NCBI RefSeq assembly: GCF_006345805.1
Contig: NC_043018.1
Coordinates: forward strand, 22,072,001 to 22,136,000
Source of the DNA: Octopus sinensis
Taxonomy: Eukaryota
Length of the DNA: 64,000 nt
Reading direction: 5' to 3'
In this document: in pieces, positions 53,725-64,000 of the stretch
How the letters are laid out: each line of letters starts with the position of its first letter
Numbering within the stretch: the first letter of the stretch is position 1
Notes under the pieces: generated by a model
Seen by the model: the letters and a program-made list of their open reading frames with translations, nothing else
The model's database searches: none
Told to the model about the DNA's origin: nothing
Program-made: the position numbers and the translations under genes

Positions 53725-53942
53725 TTCTAAGAGCGCAGGCCACTAACCCCAAGATTCTGAGTTCGATTTCAGGCCGCCAACTGAATAATAATAATAATAT
53801 CGAAAAATACCTTAGGAATGAGAACACAGGTTCAAAATTTCACCAAGACACCTGATGAAGGCTGGAGGGTGAACCAGCCGAAACGATGTGTTAACGACAA
53901 ACAAGATGAGGACAAATATACATTAAATGTAAATAATGTAAA
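53725..53942 (+). mobile_element. tRNA-headed SINE-like element carrying a Penelope-type hammerhead motif
   Basis: 10-bp TSD agtttaatgg at 53715-53724 and 53943-53952; B box gagttcgatttc at 53759-53770; (AAT)n linker; hammerhead motif; short tgtaaataa-type tail. Confidence 0.8.
53847..53892 (+). ncRNA. Minimal type I hammerhead ribozyme motif (this copy mutated at U16.1)
   Basis: Helix I GACAC/GTGTT; core CTGATGA (53852-53858) plus A; helix II GGCTGG/CCAGCC; GAAAC; then GAT where GTH is required. Confidence 0.75.
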
Positions 53943-54651
53943 AGTTTAATGGGTTTTAAAAAAAATTATACATACTTAATGGAAGCATTGATAAAACATC
54001 TGTCTGTCTGTCTGTCACTCTGTGTGTCTGTATATCCATCTGTCTATCACTTTGTCTCTGGAGGAATAGGTTCTATTCCCGGAGCCGGTGGTGCGTAGTG
54101 TTCTATCACTTGGTCTATTAGTCTGCTGTCATTCTGGTCACTGTCATTCTGTCTGTCTGTTTCTCTCTCTCACTATGTCTGTCTGTCTACCCATCCATCC
54201 ATCCATCATTTTGCCCCAGTCTACTCAGCTGTAAATGTGTACCATCCGGACAGATGGTGCGGCCCAATGATCGATGCTTCTCTTCGTCAAGGTGGAACGA
54301 TGGGCTGTCTATATCTGCTCTTGATGACGTAGGTATCTAAATCAGTTAGCACAAAACTGGTACATGTTACCAAGCTATACCCGCTTCTGAGTAATTACTA
54401 GACAACAGACAAAACTCGACTAATAAACCTGAACTTGATTTATCCGACTTACGTCGGTCTCGGCGAACCTATTTGAAATCATCAAAATTTATAGAAAACA
54501 CTGCAAACCAAGGACAGGTGGGAAACCAAATAAAATACTTGTGAAAACCTGTACTAATCAAAACGGGTATAATGGAATAAATGCTTAATGAATCGTTCTG
54601 TCCTTCATTAGTGGCATAATGACCCTCCCGAGATTCAACAAAGTCAGTTCT

Positions 54652-55049
54652 TTTCTACTCTTGGCGCAAGACCCGAAATTTTGGGGTAAGGGGTCAGTCG
54701 ATTAGATTGACTCCAGTGCGTAACTGGTACTTATTTAATCGACACCGAAAGGATGAAAGGCAAAGTCGACCCCGGCGGAATTTGAACTCAGAACATAGAG
54801 GCAGACGAAATACCTATTTCTTTACTACCCACAAGGGGGTAAAAACAGAGAGGACAAACAATGACAGACAAACAGATTAAGTCGATTAGATCGACTCCAG
54901 TGCATAACTGGTACTTAATCTATCGACCCCGAAAGGATGAAAGGCAAAGTCGACCTCGGCGGAATTTGAACTCAGAACGTAACGACAGACGAAAAACCCG
55001 CTAAGCATTTCGCCCGGCGTGCTAACGTTTCTGCCAACTCGCCGCCTTG
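54652..55049 (-). mobile_element. SINE family A dimer within a 17-bp TSD
   Basis: TSD tcaacaaagtcagttct at 54635-54651 and 55050-55066; same gaaata|ggtatttc junction. Confidence 0.92.
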
Positions 55050-56567
55050 TCAACAAAGTCAGTTCTAATACACGAGATCGCGTCAAGAATCAGGCAAACT
55101 CGATAAAAAAAATTAAAAAAAAAAAACGAAATATTGCTATCTTTATTTTTTGGTTTTTTTTTTCTCAGTTAAATCCAGATTGTTTTTTTTTTATTAGCTG
55201 CAATTTTTCTGTTCTTTAGTAGATCAACGTTCTTCTAAAGTTTGATGCCTTCCAAATGTTACAACAAATATTTTAAAGAACTGGAGTGAGAAGAAAGGAA
55301 GTTAGCATCTCTCAAGTCTGTGACAAAAGGAAGTCTCATTAGACGAACAGAAACGTTACTATGAGTAGAACCACGAAAACAAAAAAAAAAAAAACATTAA
55401 GAAAATAAAACAATAAAAAAATGAAGCTAAACTCGCCCATTCAGTACAGTATGGTAGTGTTTGTCTTGAAGAAATGTGCTAATTTCTACAGCTCTGCTGC
55501 TTAAAGTCTGCTACGAGGCTGTGTTATTTAATGGTGACCTCCTAGAACGTTCGTGTGCGTCATAAGATACAAATTCCGCTTAATTCCCTCCTTATCACCC
55601 ATCCACTCTCAATTATCCATCTTTTAATTTATCTTCTTCCGGACTCTCGTCTCATCATCATTTTGCTTCTTTTTGCTCTCTTCCTGTCTAATTTACTTCG
55701 AAATTTTTATCTAATAAAAACGTGATATTTCAAAGGCAACTTCTTATACACACACACACACACACACATAAATACGCACTCATTCACTCTCACCTACACA
55801 TTCATACTTACATGTGCTCGCACACACATACCTTCACGCATGCGCGTGCATCTGTGTATATGTGTGATTATTATACACATTGAAAGCTTGTGGGTAGATT
55901 GTTGACAGAATTGACGATCAATTTTGGAATATACGAGAGTGTCCCTTTGATGAGGCTAACCAAAGTTTCATGAGAGAAGTAGAGAGAGCCTCTTGCCGAT
56001 AATTGGTTTGCTTAATTAGGATTTAAAACACGTAGAATTTATAATTTTGTGTCTGTTGTTGCTTTGAATTCACTACTACTACTACTACTACTCCTCATAA
56101 CGTAAGTTGTGGGCCATTGTTGGCCCGGATCATGTCTAGGTCAATTACTCCACGTCGCGTGCTATTTTAACCTTTTACCAGTCCAAAGTAGTTTCCTTCA
56201 GTTAGTCCTAAATGCTCATGCTTGTATTCAACTTTTAGCTAGGCCTCGTTTCAAACGTTCCGTGTAATATGAAGCTTTCTTTTCTTTGAGTTCTTTTGGA
56301 ATAATGGTCTCAAATTTTGAGAAGAGGCCAACAATTTTCGTGGCAGAAGTTATTTGATTATCTCAATCTCAGTGATCGACTGGTGCTTATTTTATCGATA
56401 CCGAAAGAATGAAAGACAAAGTCGACCTCTGTAGAATTTGAACTCAGATCGTAAAGAGTCGGAAGAAATAGCGCTAAGCACTTTCGAACGCGCTGGCGAT
56501 TTTGCCATTTCAGAATAATGTCGAACAAGGTAGAACCAGTTGAGGTTAAAATAAATGATCACAATTG

Positions 56568-57065
56568 ACCCGCCCGATTTCCTCTCGAAAGAAGCTAAGG
56601 TTTGTTTTCTCAGTGTAAGTAGCAATTGCGAGAGAGGTTATTTGGAGAACCAGGATGAAAGGGGTAATGCCGGGCATTTTCATCTCTGGCCCTGCAATGG
56701 CGAATTATTCCCCCTGTCGCCTTAAATGGAAGATGGCGCTAGAGAGAAAATGTCTGACGGCGAAAAAAGTTTGAGAGTCGATGGAAGAATGTAGCTCGAA
56801 AGTTGGGAGTGGATGTAACCACATGAACACAGTTCAAGGTTTGCCTTAGGTATCAGTGATGAGGCGGGGATCGTGGGGTCCGCACAGAACCCGCCTCCCA
56901 CTGTCTTCCGGTCTGCCCCGTCATTCGTTTTTATATCTTTATATTTCATTGTATTAAATTTTTAAAGCCACCTTTTTATTTCCCCATCCGATGTATCTGA
57001 CACCCCAAAATCAGATGTATTGTCCCCTCTGTGTTGGCCCCTTGTGGGCAGGCAATAAAGAAATT
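56568..57065 (+). mobile_element. GC-richer insert ending in a SINE-A tail, flanked by a 45-bp direct repeat
   Basis: Repeats at 56523-56567 and 57066-57110 (3 mismatches); 3' end gtcccctctgtgttggccccttgtgggc...aataaagaaat. Confidence 0.7.
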
Positions 57066-57614
57066 GAACAAGGCAGAACCAGCTGAGGTTAAAACAAATG
57101 ATCACAATTGTTAACTGATGCGAACTTGCTTCTTTTTTTTGTATGTGGAGGAGGTGGTGGTGGTGGGGAGGCTAAACCTTGTGAAATTGATACCGGCGTT
57201 GATGGAATATTTTCCATGTTGTAGAAGACATGTAGCGCTGTAAGTGGTGTTGATAAATTTAACATCGAATGCACACGTTTGCTCGTGACCACAATCTTCA
57301 GACTCTCTCGCTCTGCCCACCTCTCTCTCTCCCTTTCTTTCTCTCTCTCTCTCTGTCTCACACACACACACATACACACACATACACAAGCACAAGCATT
57401 TATTTCTGGCTTTTCTGCAACTGCTTTAATTCCAGTTCCATCAGCAATACACGCTTTCATTTATTTACTCTCGCTCATGCTGGCGTTGTTTTTGTGTCTA
57501 TTTATATATGCGCAGAGGCTGACACAGATTCTTTAAGTCTTAGTTAGAGATTTGTTCAAACAAAAACAACAAAAAAAAAGCAAACAACGATTCATTGAGA
57601 AATTAAAATTCTTT

Positions 57615-57970
57615 CACACGCACATACATGCTAGTCCGCACGCACACAAACACACAAGCACGCACGCACACGCACGCGCGCACACACACACACACACGCA
57701 CACGCACACGCACACACGCACGCGCACACACACGCGCGCACACGCACACGCGCACACACACAAAAACGCACACGCGCACACACACACACTCACACACACA
57801 CAAACACTCACACACACACGCACACGCACGCACACACACTCACACACACACAAACACTCACACACACAAACACGCACACACACACAAAAACGCACACACA
57901 CACACACTCACACACACACACACACACGCACACAAACACACACACACACACACACAAACACGCACACACA
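57615..57970. repeat. Degenerate (CA)/(CG) dinucleotide array
   Basis: Directly visible. Confidence 0.95.
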
Positions 57971-58479
57971 ATTAGCGAAAGCGTATCACGTTTCCAAGTC
58001 GCCATCGTTTGCAAGTGACGACTGTGTGTCTATTTCTTTGCCTGCTTCTTTGTATGCATGCATATCTTGTTTCAGTCATTAGACTGTGGCCAGGCTGGGG
58101 CACCACCTTCAAAAATTTAAGTCGAACGAATCAAACCCCAGTACTTTTTTTAAAGTCTTTCCACTTATTCTATCGCTCTCTTGTGCTGAATCACTAAGTT
58201 ACGGTGACGTAAACACACCAACAATTGTTGTCAAGCGGTGGTGGAAGAAAATACCTCCCCACCAATGTGACCGCGTGTGTACCGTTGACGATTTTTTTCC
58301 TCTGTTTTCCCTTCTCTGGATCTTTCCTTCTCCTATGTTTCCGACGAAGAGCTCCGCTCGAAAGGTTAAACCCTCCTTCTTCCCTTCCTGAGCGTCCAAT
58401 AATACTATATTTGTTCCACGTCCTCGCGTTGTTGTGTTTTCTCTTTGTGTTTTCATGTTTGGATTAACTATATATATAT

Positions 58480-58523
<44 letters not shown>

Positions 58524-58609
58524 GAAATTTATAGAAAAACATAGGACGAAGACAGGTATATAAACAACAAACAGGCGTATTAGTTTAACGCTCGGGAAGG
58601 TGAGAAAGT

Positions 58610-58645
58610 ATTTTACATTTCGAGCCTACGCTCTTCAACAGAAAA
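58610..58645 (-). ncRNA. Hammerhead-like motif (A6U core variant) in a probable Penelope-like remnant
   Basis: Minus strand ttt CTGTTGA A GAGC gtag GCTC GAAAT GTA aaa. Confidence 0.5.
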
Positions 58646-59748
58646 AAACACGAAAATAAACAGAGAGAAAAAATTATAAAAGTTTTGGAGTTAGAGGTCT
58701 ATCATGGCGATATATATATATATGCATACGACCGGCTTCTTTCAGTTTCCGTTTACCAAATCCACTCAAGGCTTTGGTCGGTCCAAGGCTATAGTAGAAA
58801 ACACTTGGCCAAGGTGTCACGCAGTGGGACTGAACCCAGAACCATGTGGTTGGGAAGCAATCTTCTTACCAGTATATACATATATATATGTGTGTGTGTA
58901 TATATATATAATTAAAGAAATATTTAATAATAATCTAGGATCGACAACAGCAAAACCCAGATCTTTTTCTATCTTTTACAAGCGAATTACAACTATGCAT
59001 TTACATTATAGGGTATTTAAAAATCAAATCCAGATGATTATCTTTAATTTCTACCGGATTAACCCGATCTTTCAATTCCTGTTTGTATGTCGTTAATTTT
59101 TCTTCTTAAAAACACTCTCTTTATAGAAACCTGGTGTTGCTTCCTTTTCTGCGTCCTTGCGTTTCTCTCTCTTCCTGCCTTGCTCTGCTCTTCCTTCCTG
59201 CTTGGCTTTCGCACATCCTCTCCTCCCTTCTCTTTCTCCTCCTCTATATTCACCACCGTTTAAAAGGGAGTAGGGCCAGCCCTAGAAACATGGCTTTCCC
59301 CCCCTGGATTGTCAGCGGAAGATGGCGCGTGTCCAGTAGAGGATGGCGTGTGTCCACGTTTATCTAACACCTTGGTCATCTTCGCTAAAAACACTTTCTG
59401 CGTCCTGAGTACTTAATGTAGCCTCATTTTCATGTTTATTCCTCTGCCTACCACCGTGGGTAAGTGTTTTGTACCGTATCCTGCACCTGCATTTAATAAA
59501 AGGAAACTGCACAACTCCCCCATCAACTATAAACATGGTTCGTGGGGAGAGGGAGACAAAATAAACAAAAATGTTATTCTACAACGAACACCTATCGGAT
59601 ATTCCTTCTGTGTCGAGTTACAGATACTTCTGTTACAATCGCTGTCAGATTCGCTGGAAATTTCTTTATAATTACCGACGCTATAATACCAGTAGCGATA
59701 TAAAGCATTTAGTAATCAAAGCGCATTTTATTTACGTTAAAATATACA

Positions 59749-59991
59749 CCAGGAGCAGAAATTCCATTTACATTCAGAAGACTGCAATTCCCCCTTGGTG
59801 TCAGCTTTGCCATGTCCATTAACAAATCTCAGGGTCAAACCCTCTCTGTGGCTGGTCTTCTCTTTGAAGAGCCCTGCTTCTCGCATGGGCAACTGTATGT
59901 TGGCTGCTCAAGAGTAGGAACCAAAAGAAACCTTTTTGTATATGCTCCACATGGAAAAACAAGGAACATTGTTTACAACGAGGTGTTATAA
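59749..59991 (+). pseudogene. Helitron RepHel PIF1-like helicase C-terminal fragment (absent from the ORF track)
   Basis: Manual translation from 59758: EIPFTFRRLQFPLGVSFAMSINKSQGQTLSVAGLLFEEPCFSHGQLYVGCSRVGTKRNLFVYAPHGKTRNIVYNEVL*, containing SF1 helicase motifs V (AMxINKSQGQT) and VI (FSHGQLYVxxSRV). Confidence 0.93.
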
Positions 59992-60066
59992 TCTCAACAG
60001 TCAGGAGTTATATACATGATCCCCCTTTTTTTAACAAACTTCATGTACTTTCATGTATTTATATTA

Positions 60067-60109
<43 letters not shown>

Positions 60110-60198
60110 TGTGTGTATCCATATATATATATATATATAACAGAAAAGTCTAATTCTTCAATTGAATGTAACCAGGCAACGCCGGGTATCTCTGCTAG
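59749..60198 (+). mobile_element. 3' remnant of an autonomous-type Helitron
   Basis: Helicase C-terminus, (TG)n/(TA)n, hairpin accaggcaacgccgggt (60171-60187), CTAG|T at 60195-60198. Confidence 0.88.
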
Positions 60199-60403
60199 TT
60201 GGAGGATAAAGATACATTATTTGTGTATTAAGAATACTATTGGTTTCATGTTACGAAAATATCTAAGCAATTTTTCAAGCCAATTACTTGGTGGGGAGAG
60301 ATAGCTAGAAAGAGAAAGAGAGAGGCGCAGGCATATCTGTGTCCATTAGAATTCCGCTTTGCAGCTTCGTGATTTGGAGTTGAGTCCCACTGCTCGGCAT
60401 CGT

Positions 60404-60456
<53 letters not shown>

Positions 60457-60861
60457 ATGTTAGTGCTTGCCATTCTCGGCACCGCTTGGCAATCGGTGTT
60501 GGTCTGTTTACATCCCCGTGACTTAACAGGTCGGCAAAAAGACCGATAGAAGTAGTATCTGTCATTAAAATATGTACTGGGGTCGATTTGTTCGATTAAA
60601 ACCCTTGAGGAAGGGACCCCAGCAGTCCAGTGACTAAAACAAAGGATAATATAAACTTGTTTTAAATAGAAATGGACGTTGCAGGGTCAAAGTGAATTCA
60701 TAAAGAACGGCCGATTCAAAGTGAGTGAAGAGGCTTTTGATGTTTATGTGTCGTCGTTGGCAATTCGCAAATACACTCAACATCAAGAAACAAAAATCAG
60801 AGACAGGTGAGGGAACAGCAACAGGTGTGTTAGTTTAACTCTCAGGAAAGAATGGAAGAAA

Positions 60862-60899
60862 CCTTTGACGTTTCGATTCTATGCTCTTCTACAGAAAAG
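60862..60899 (-). ncRNA. Second hammerhead-like motif of the same family (A6U variant, helix II degraded)
   Basis: Minus strand ctttt CTGTAGA A GAGC atag AATC GAAAC GTC aaagg; flanks resemble 58563-58645. Confidence 0.5.
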
Positions 60900-62250
60900 A
60901 ATTTGGAAGAAAATCCCCCCCACACACACACAAAATATTTCTCCCAGAATATTTACCAAGGCGAATTGTTTTAAATGCAAAGTTGCGTCTTCTATTTTAT
61001 TTGTAGACAAAGTTTGAGATTCGAAAAATTTTGCATTTTGACTGATTAGAATATTTAATGAGTTTTAGTGAATTTCCATGTAGTCGGCATGTTTCGCCTT
61101 GATTTCACTGGAATAAAAGACTGGCAGAGCCTCCTCATCCTCCGTATAAACAACGCACGTATACATAAACAAACCAAAAAAAAATCTCTCATCCAAAATG
61201 GCTGTTTTCTTAATTGAGCGATGTCAAATCTGAGTTAGTGATAGCACACAACAAAATAGCATTCTTGTTATCTTTCCATACCTGGCAGCTAAAACATGGT
61301 CAGTACTCGCCATAAAAGAAAGAATGCATTATAATCTCACTTTATTAAAATCATTAGAAAGAAGAGAAAAAAAAATGCAACAGAAAAAGGAAAAAAATAA
61401 AGAAACCGAATGATCTTCTATAATGATACGCTTTATATTTGCAACCATTTTATTTTTCTGTTTTCAGAATTTTTCGTTAAAGTGGGAAAATTTTTAATGT
61501 TATCGAAACAGCAGTTAAAGCTTCATTGAGGTTGCTTGTTCGATTCGTAATAAGAACGTTTATAACAAACAAACAGTAAAATAAGAATATAATATTTTAC
61601 ATTTTTTTTTTTTTTTATAAAATGCCATTGTAAAATTCATGCGATTGAAGGAAGAATTTGAAAGGTAGTTCAATATTTTTATAGGATTTCTGCTGTATCG
61701 ATGCAGTGCTATAAAACCTAGTCAATTCAGAGTTTTCTATCAAATCTCTCTTGAATTCATTATTGAAATGTAACTTTTATTGCGGTGACTCTTAAAGTGT
61801 ATCTCTGTATATGTTGTCAAGTTTAGAATGTGAGTGACACAGACTATATATTTGTGACCGTGTTTTTGGCTATGGCAATTTGGCTTTAAATTTCCAGCCG
61901 AAGTCTCTTCGCATTTGTGTACAAAAACAAAAATTATACATAATCATATGCATGTATAGGCACGCCACCCACACACATATAATAGTTGTATGCCATATAT
62001 ACATGCTATATATAGTATATATATACATACATACATGTAATCATATCTATAATGATATACATACATGCATATATGTATGTATATATATATACATGCATAT
62101 ATATATGTACATATATATACATGCATATATATATGTATGCGTGTTATTAGCTAATAACTTGTATAGTAGAGAGACAGAGAGAGATATATTATATATAATC
62201 GCATATATATAAATGTACATAATCATATCTATCTATATATATATATATAT

Positions 62251-62272
62251 ACACCTCTATCTTTTATGTATA

Positions 62273-62311
<39 letters not shown>

Positions 62312-62323
62312 CTCTATCTTTTA

Positions 62324-62361
<38 letters not shown>

Positions 62362-62397
62362 CATACACCTCTATCTTTTATGTATATGTGTGTATAT

Positions 62398-62410
<13 letters not shown>
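62251..62410. repeat. 57-bp minisatellite built from a unique core plus (TA)n, 3 copies
   Basis: acacctctatcttttatgtatatgtgtg at 62251, 62308 and 62365. Confidence 0.95.
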
Positions 62411-62428
<18 letters not shown>

Positions 62429-64000
62429 GATTCATATCCACTACAGTACTCTCAGGCATCATGCTTATTAATGCCATTTTTTTTTGCATGAATAATAAAC
62501 GTGAAATTCCAACGTTTAATTCCCCTCCAAAGGATCCGTTATAATTCTTACCGTGCGACTGACTTTTTCCTTCTGCCTTATTAGCTAAAACTCCACATCA
62601 AAGCCATTAAAATCTATTTTGGTTAATCCTCTACAGATTTCTTCTCAATAAAATATGATTAATAAATCCGTGTATTGACGAAACCACACAGAATGAATAT
62701 CGTGAAGAATATGAACAACATCGATGTGATAAACGATAGTAAATTAACCTGACAAAAATATTATCTTTCTGGATGAAATGAATTTATATCGAGGACTCCA
62801 TCATTATGTGGTTCCTTTATTCTTTAAAACTTTGAAAATAACACACATGGAAAATGTCATTTTGTTTTATTACGTTCATTTGCGAGCGTCCATAGCTGTG
62901 TGGTTGAGGATTTCACTTTGTGACCGAGTTTGGTGCCGCTGTAGATACTACCTGGTGAAAAGCTGTCTTCTGTCCGGGTTTTGAGTCCGCCAATACTTTT
63001 TTTTTTCTGTGAACGCCACCCTTTGGAGGGAGGGGGGATTTTTGTTCAGGGGTGGAATTTGCTTTAATACCCCCCCAGCTGGCACGGTATGTGCCACATT
63101 GGTGTCGCCGACTTATTTGACACCGGAAATTTTCTACTCCACTTTTCTCTCTGTATCTATGAGTGCCAGCATATATGTGTGTGTGTGTGTGTGTGTGTTC
63201 CTCCTGCGCCAAAAGGCGCGGTCGTCAAAACAAGCACAGCGCTAAACAACTAGCGTCGAAACAGCTGCGCCCGATCGTTTCATTCCGCAGCTGGCCTTGG
63301 CTGCCTTTAGCAGAATACATCACCATCTTTCTTTTCCAGCTCTCTGTTCTAAGTCCAAGTCCCATCGAGGTCGACTGTTCCTTTCATCCTTTCAGAATCG
63401 ATTACAAAGAACCAATCCAAGGTCAGTGAGTTGCCGAAACCCTAATTGCATCGAGCAAAAAAAAAAATGCCTTGTGGTATTTGTTCCGACATCTTACGTT
63501 CTGAATTCAAATCCCGCCATGGCCTTGTTGAGTGTTATACTTAACCCATCGTCCACCGCATTGTGGCATCTTGGGTGCCTTTAGCCATTGAGTTGCAAGC
63601 ATACGGAGGAGGTTTCTGGTTTGAGGATAAGTGCCCCCCCCCCCTCCGCTCATGGTTAGGAGGCTCTATAAAGAGCTATGGGCACTGCTTTCCTTCCTGA
63701 CTAAAAGACAAAATGATGACAACAATAACATCAAGAACGATAATAATCTTTTCTACTAATAGACACGAGGCCTGAAATGTCGAGGGAGAGGGGTCAGTTG
63801 ATTACCTCGACACCAGTGTTTAACTGGTACTCATTTTATCGACTTCGAAAGGATGTAAGGTCGAGTCCTAAGACCCACACTCGTTCGTCCTTCAACCGAT
63901 AACAAACTCATCAAATTTTGCATTGATGTCGCTGCTGAGCGTAGAGTCTTTTCTTGAAGCTGTCTTTGTCAGCGACTAAACAGACAGATGATTTAACATG

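Noticed and set aside
56850-56900. TGATGA followed by an 8-bp stem as a hammerhead
   Set aside because: No C3 and no GAAA after the stem.

Overview
AT-rich eukaryotic genomic DNA, dense in microsatellites and retroposons. The SINE sequences and repeat style suggest an octopus or other coleoid cephalopod; this is inferred from recall, not from a database search. Only one host gene is supported: the first coding exon of a tincar-like multi-pass membrane protein (19080-19539, +). It probably has a non-coding upstream exon, and no downstream exon was recognised in the remaining 44 kb. The rest is transposable-element material: several tRNA-headed SINE families (labelled A-D here), 5'-truncated RTE-like and CR1-like LINE ends, a decayed R4/Dong-like LINE, three non-autonomous Helitrons, a Helitron RepHel helicase remnant missed by the ORF track, and Penelope-type hammerhead-ribozyme-like motifs. 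Nearly all long ORFs in the track are microsatellite artefacts. The most notable observations are: (1) a tRNA-headed, TSD-flanked SINE whose 3' half carries a Penelope-type minimal hammerhead; (2) SINE-A multimers with a fixed hairpin junction inside single target-site duplications; (3) a Helitron carrying another local copy's 3' flank plus a second terminus; (4) a 102-bp-arm fold-back palindrome and a twin-priming-like inverted duplication upstream of tincar. These describe mobile-element behaviour. No new host protein system is supported by this sequence.
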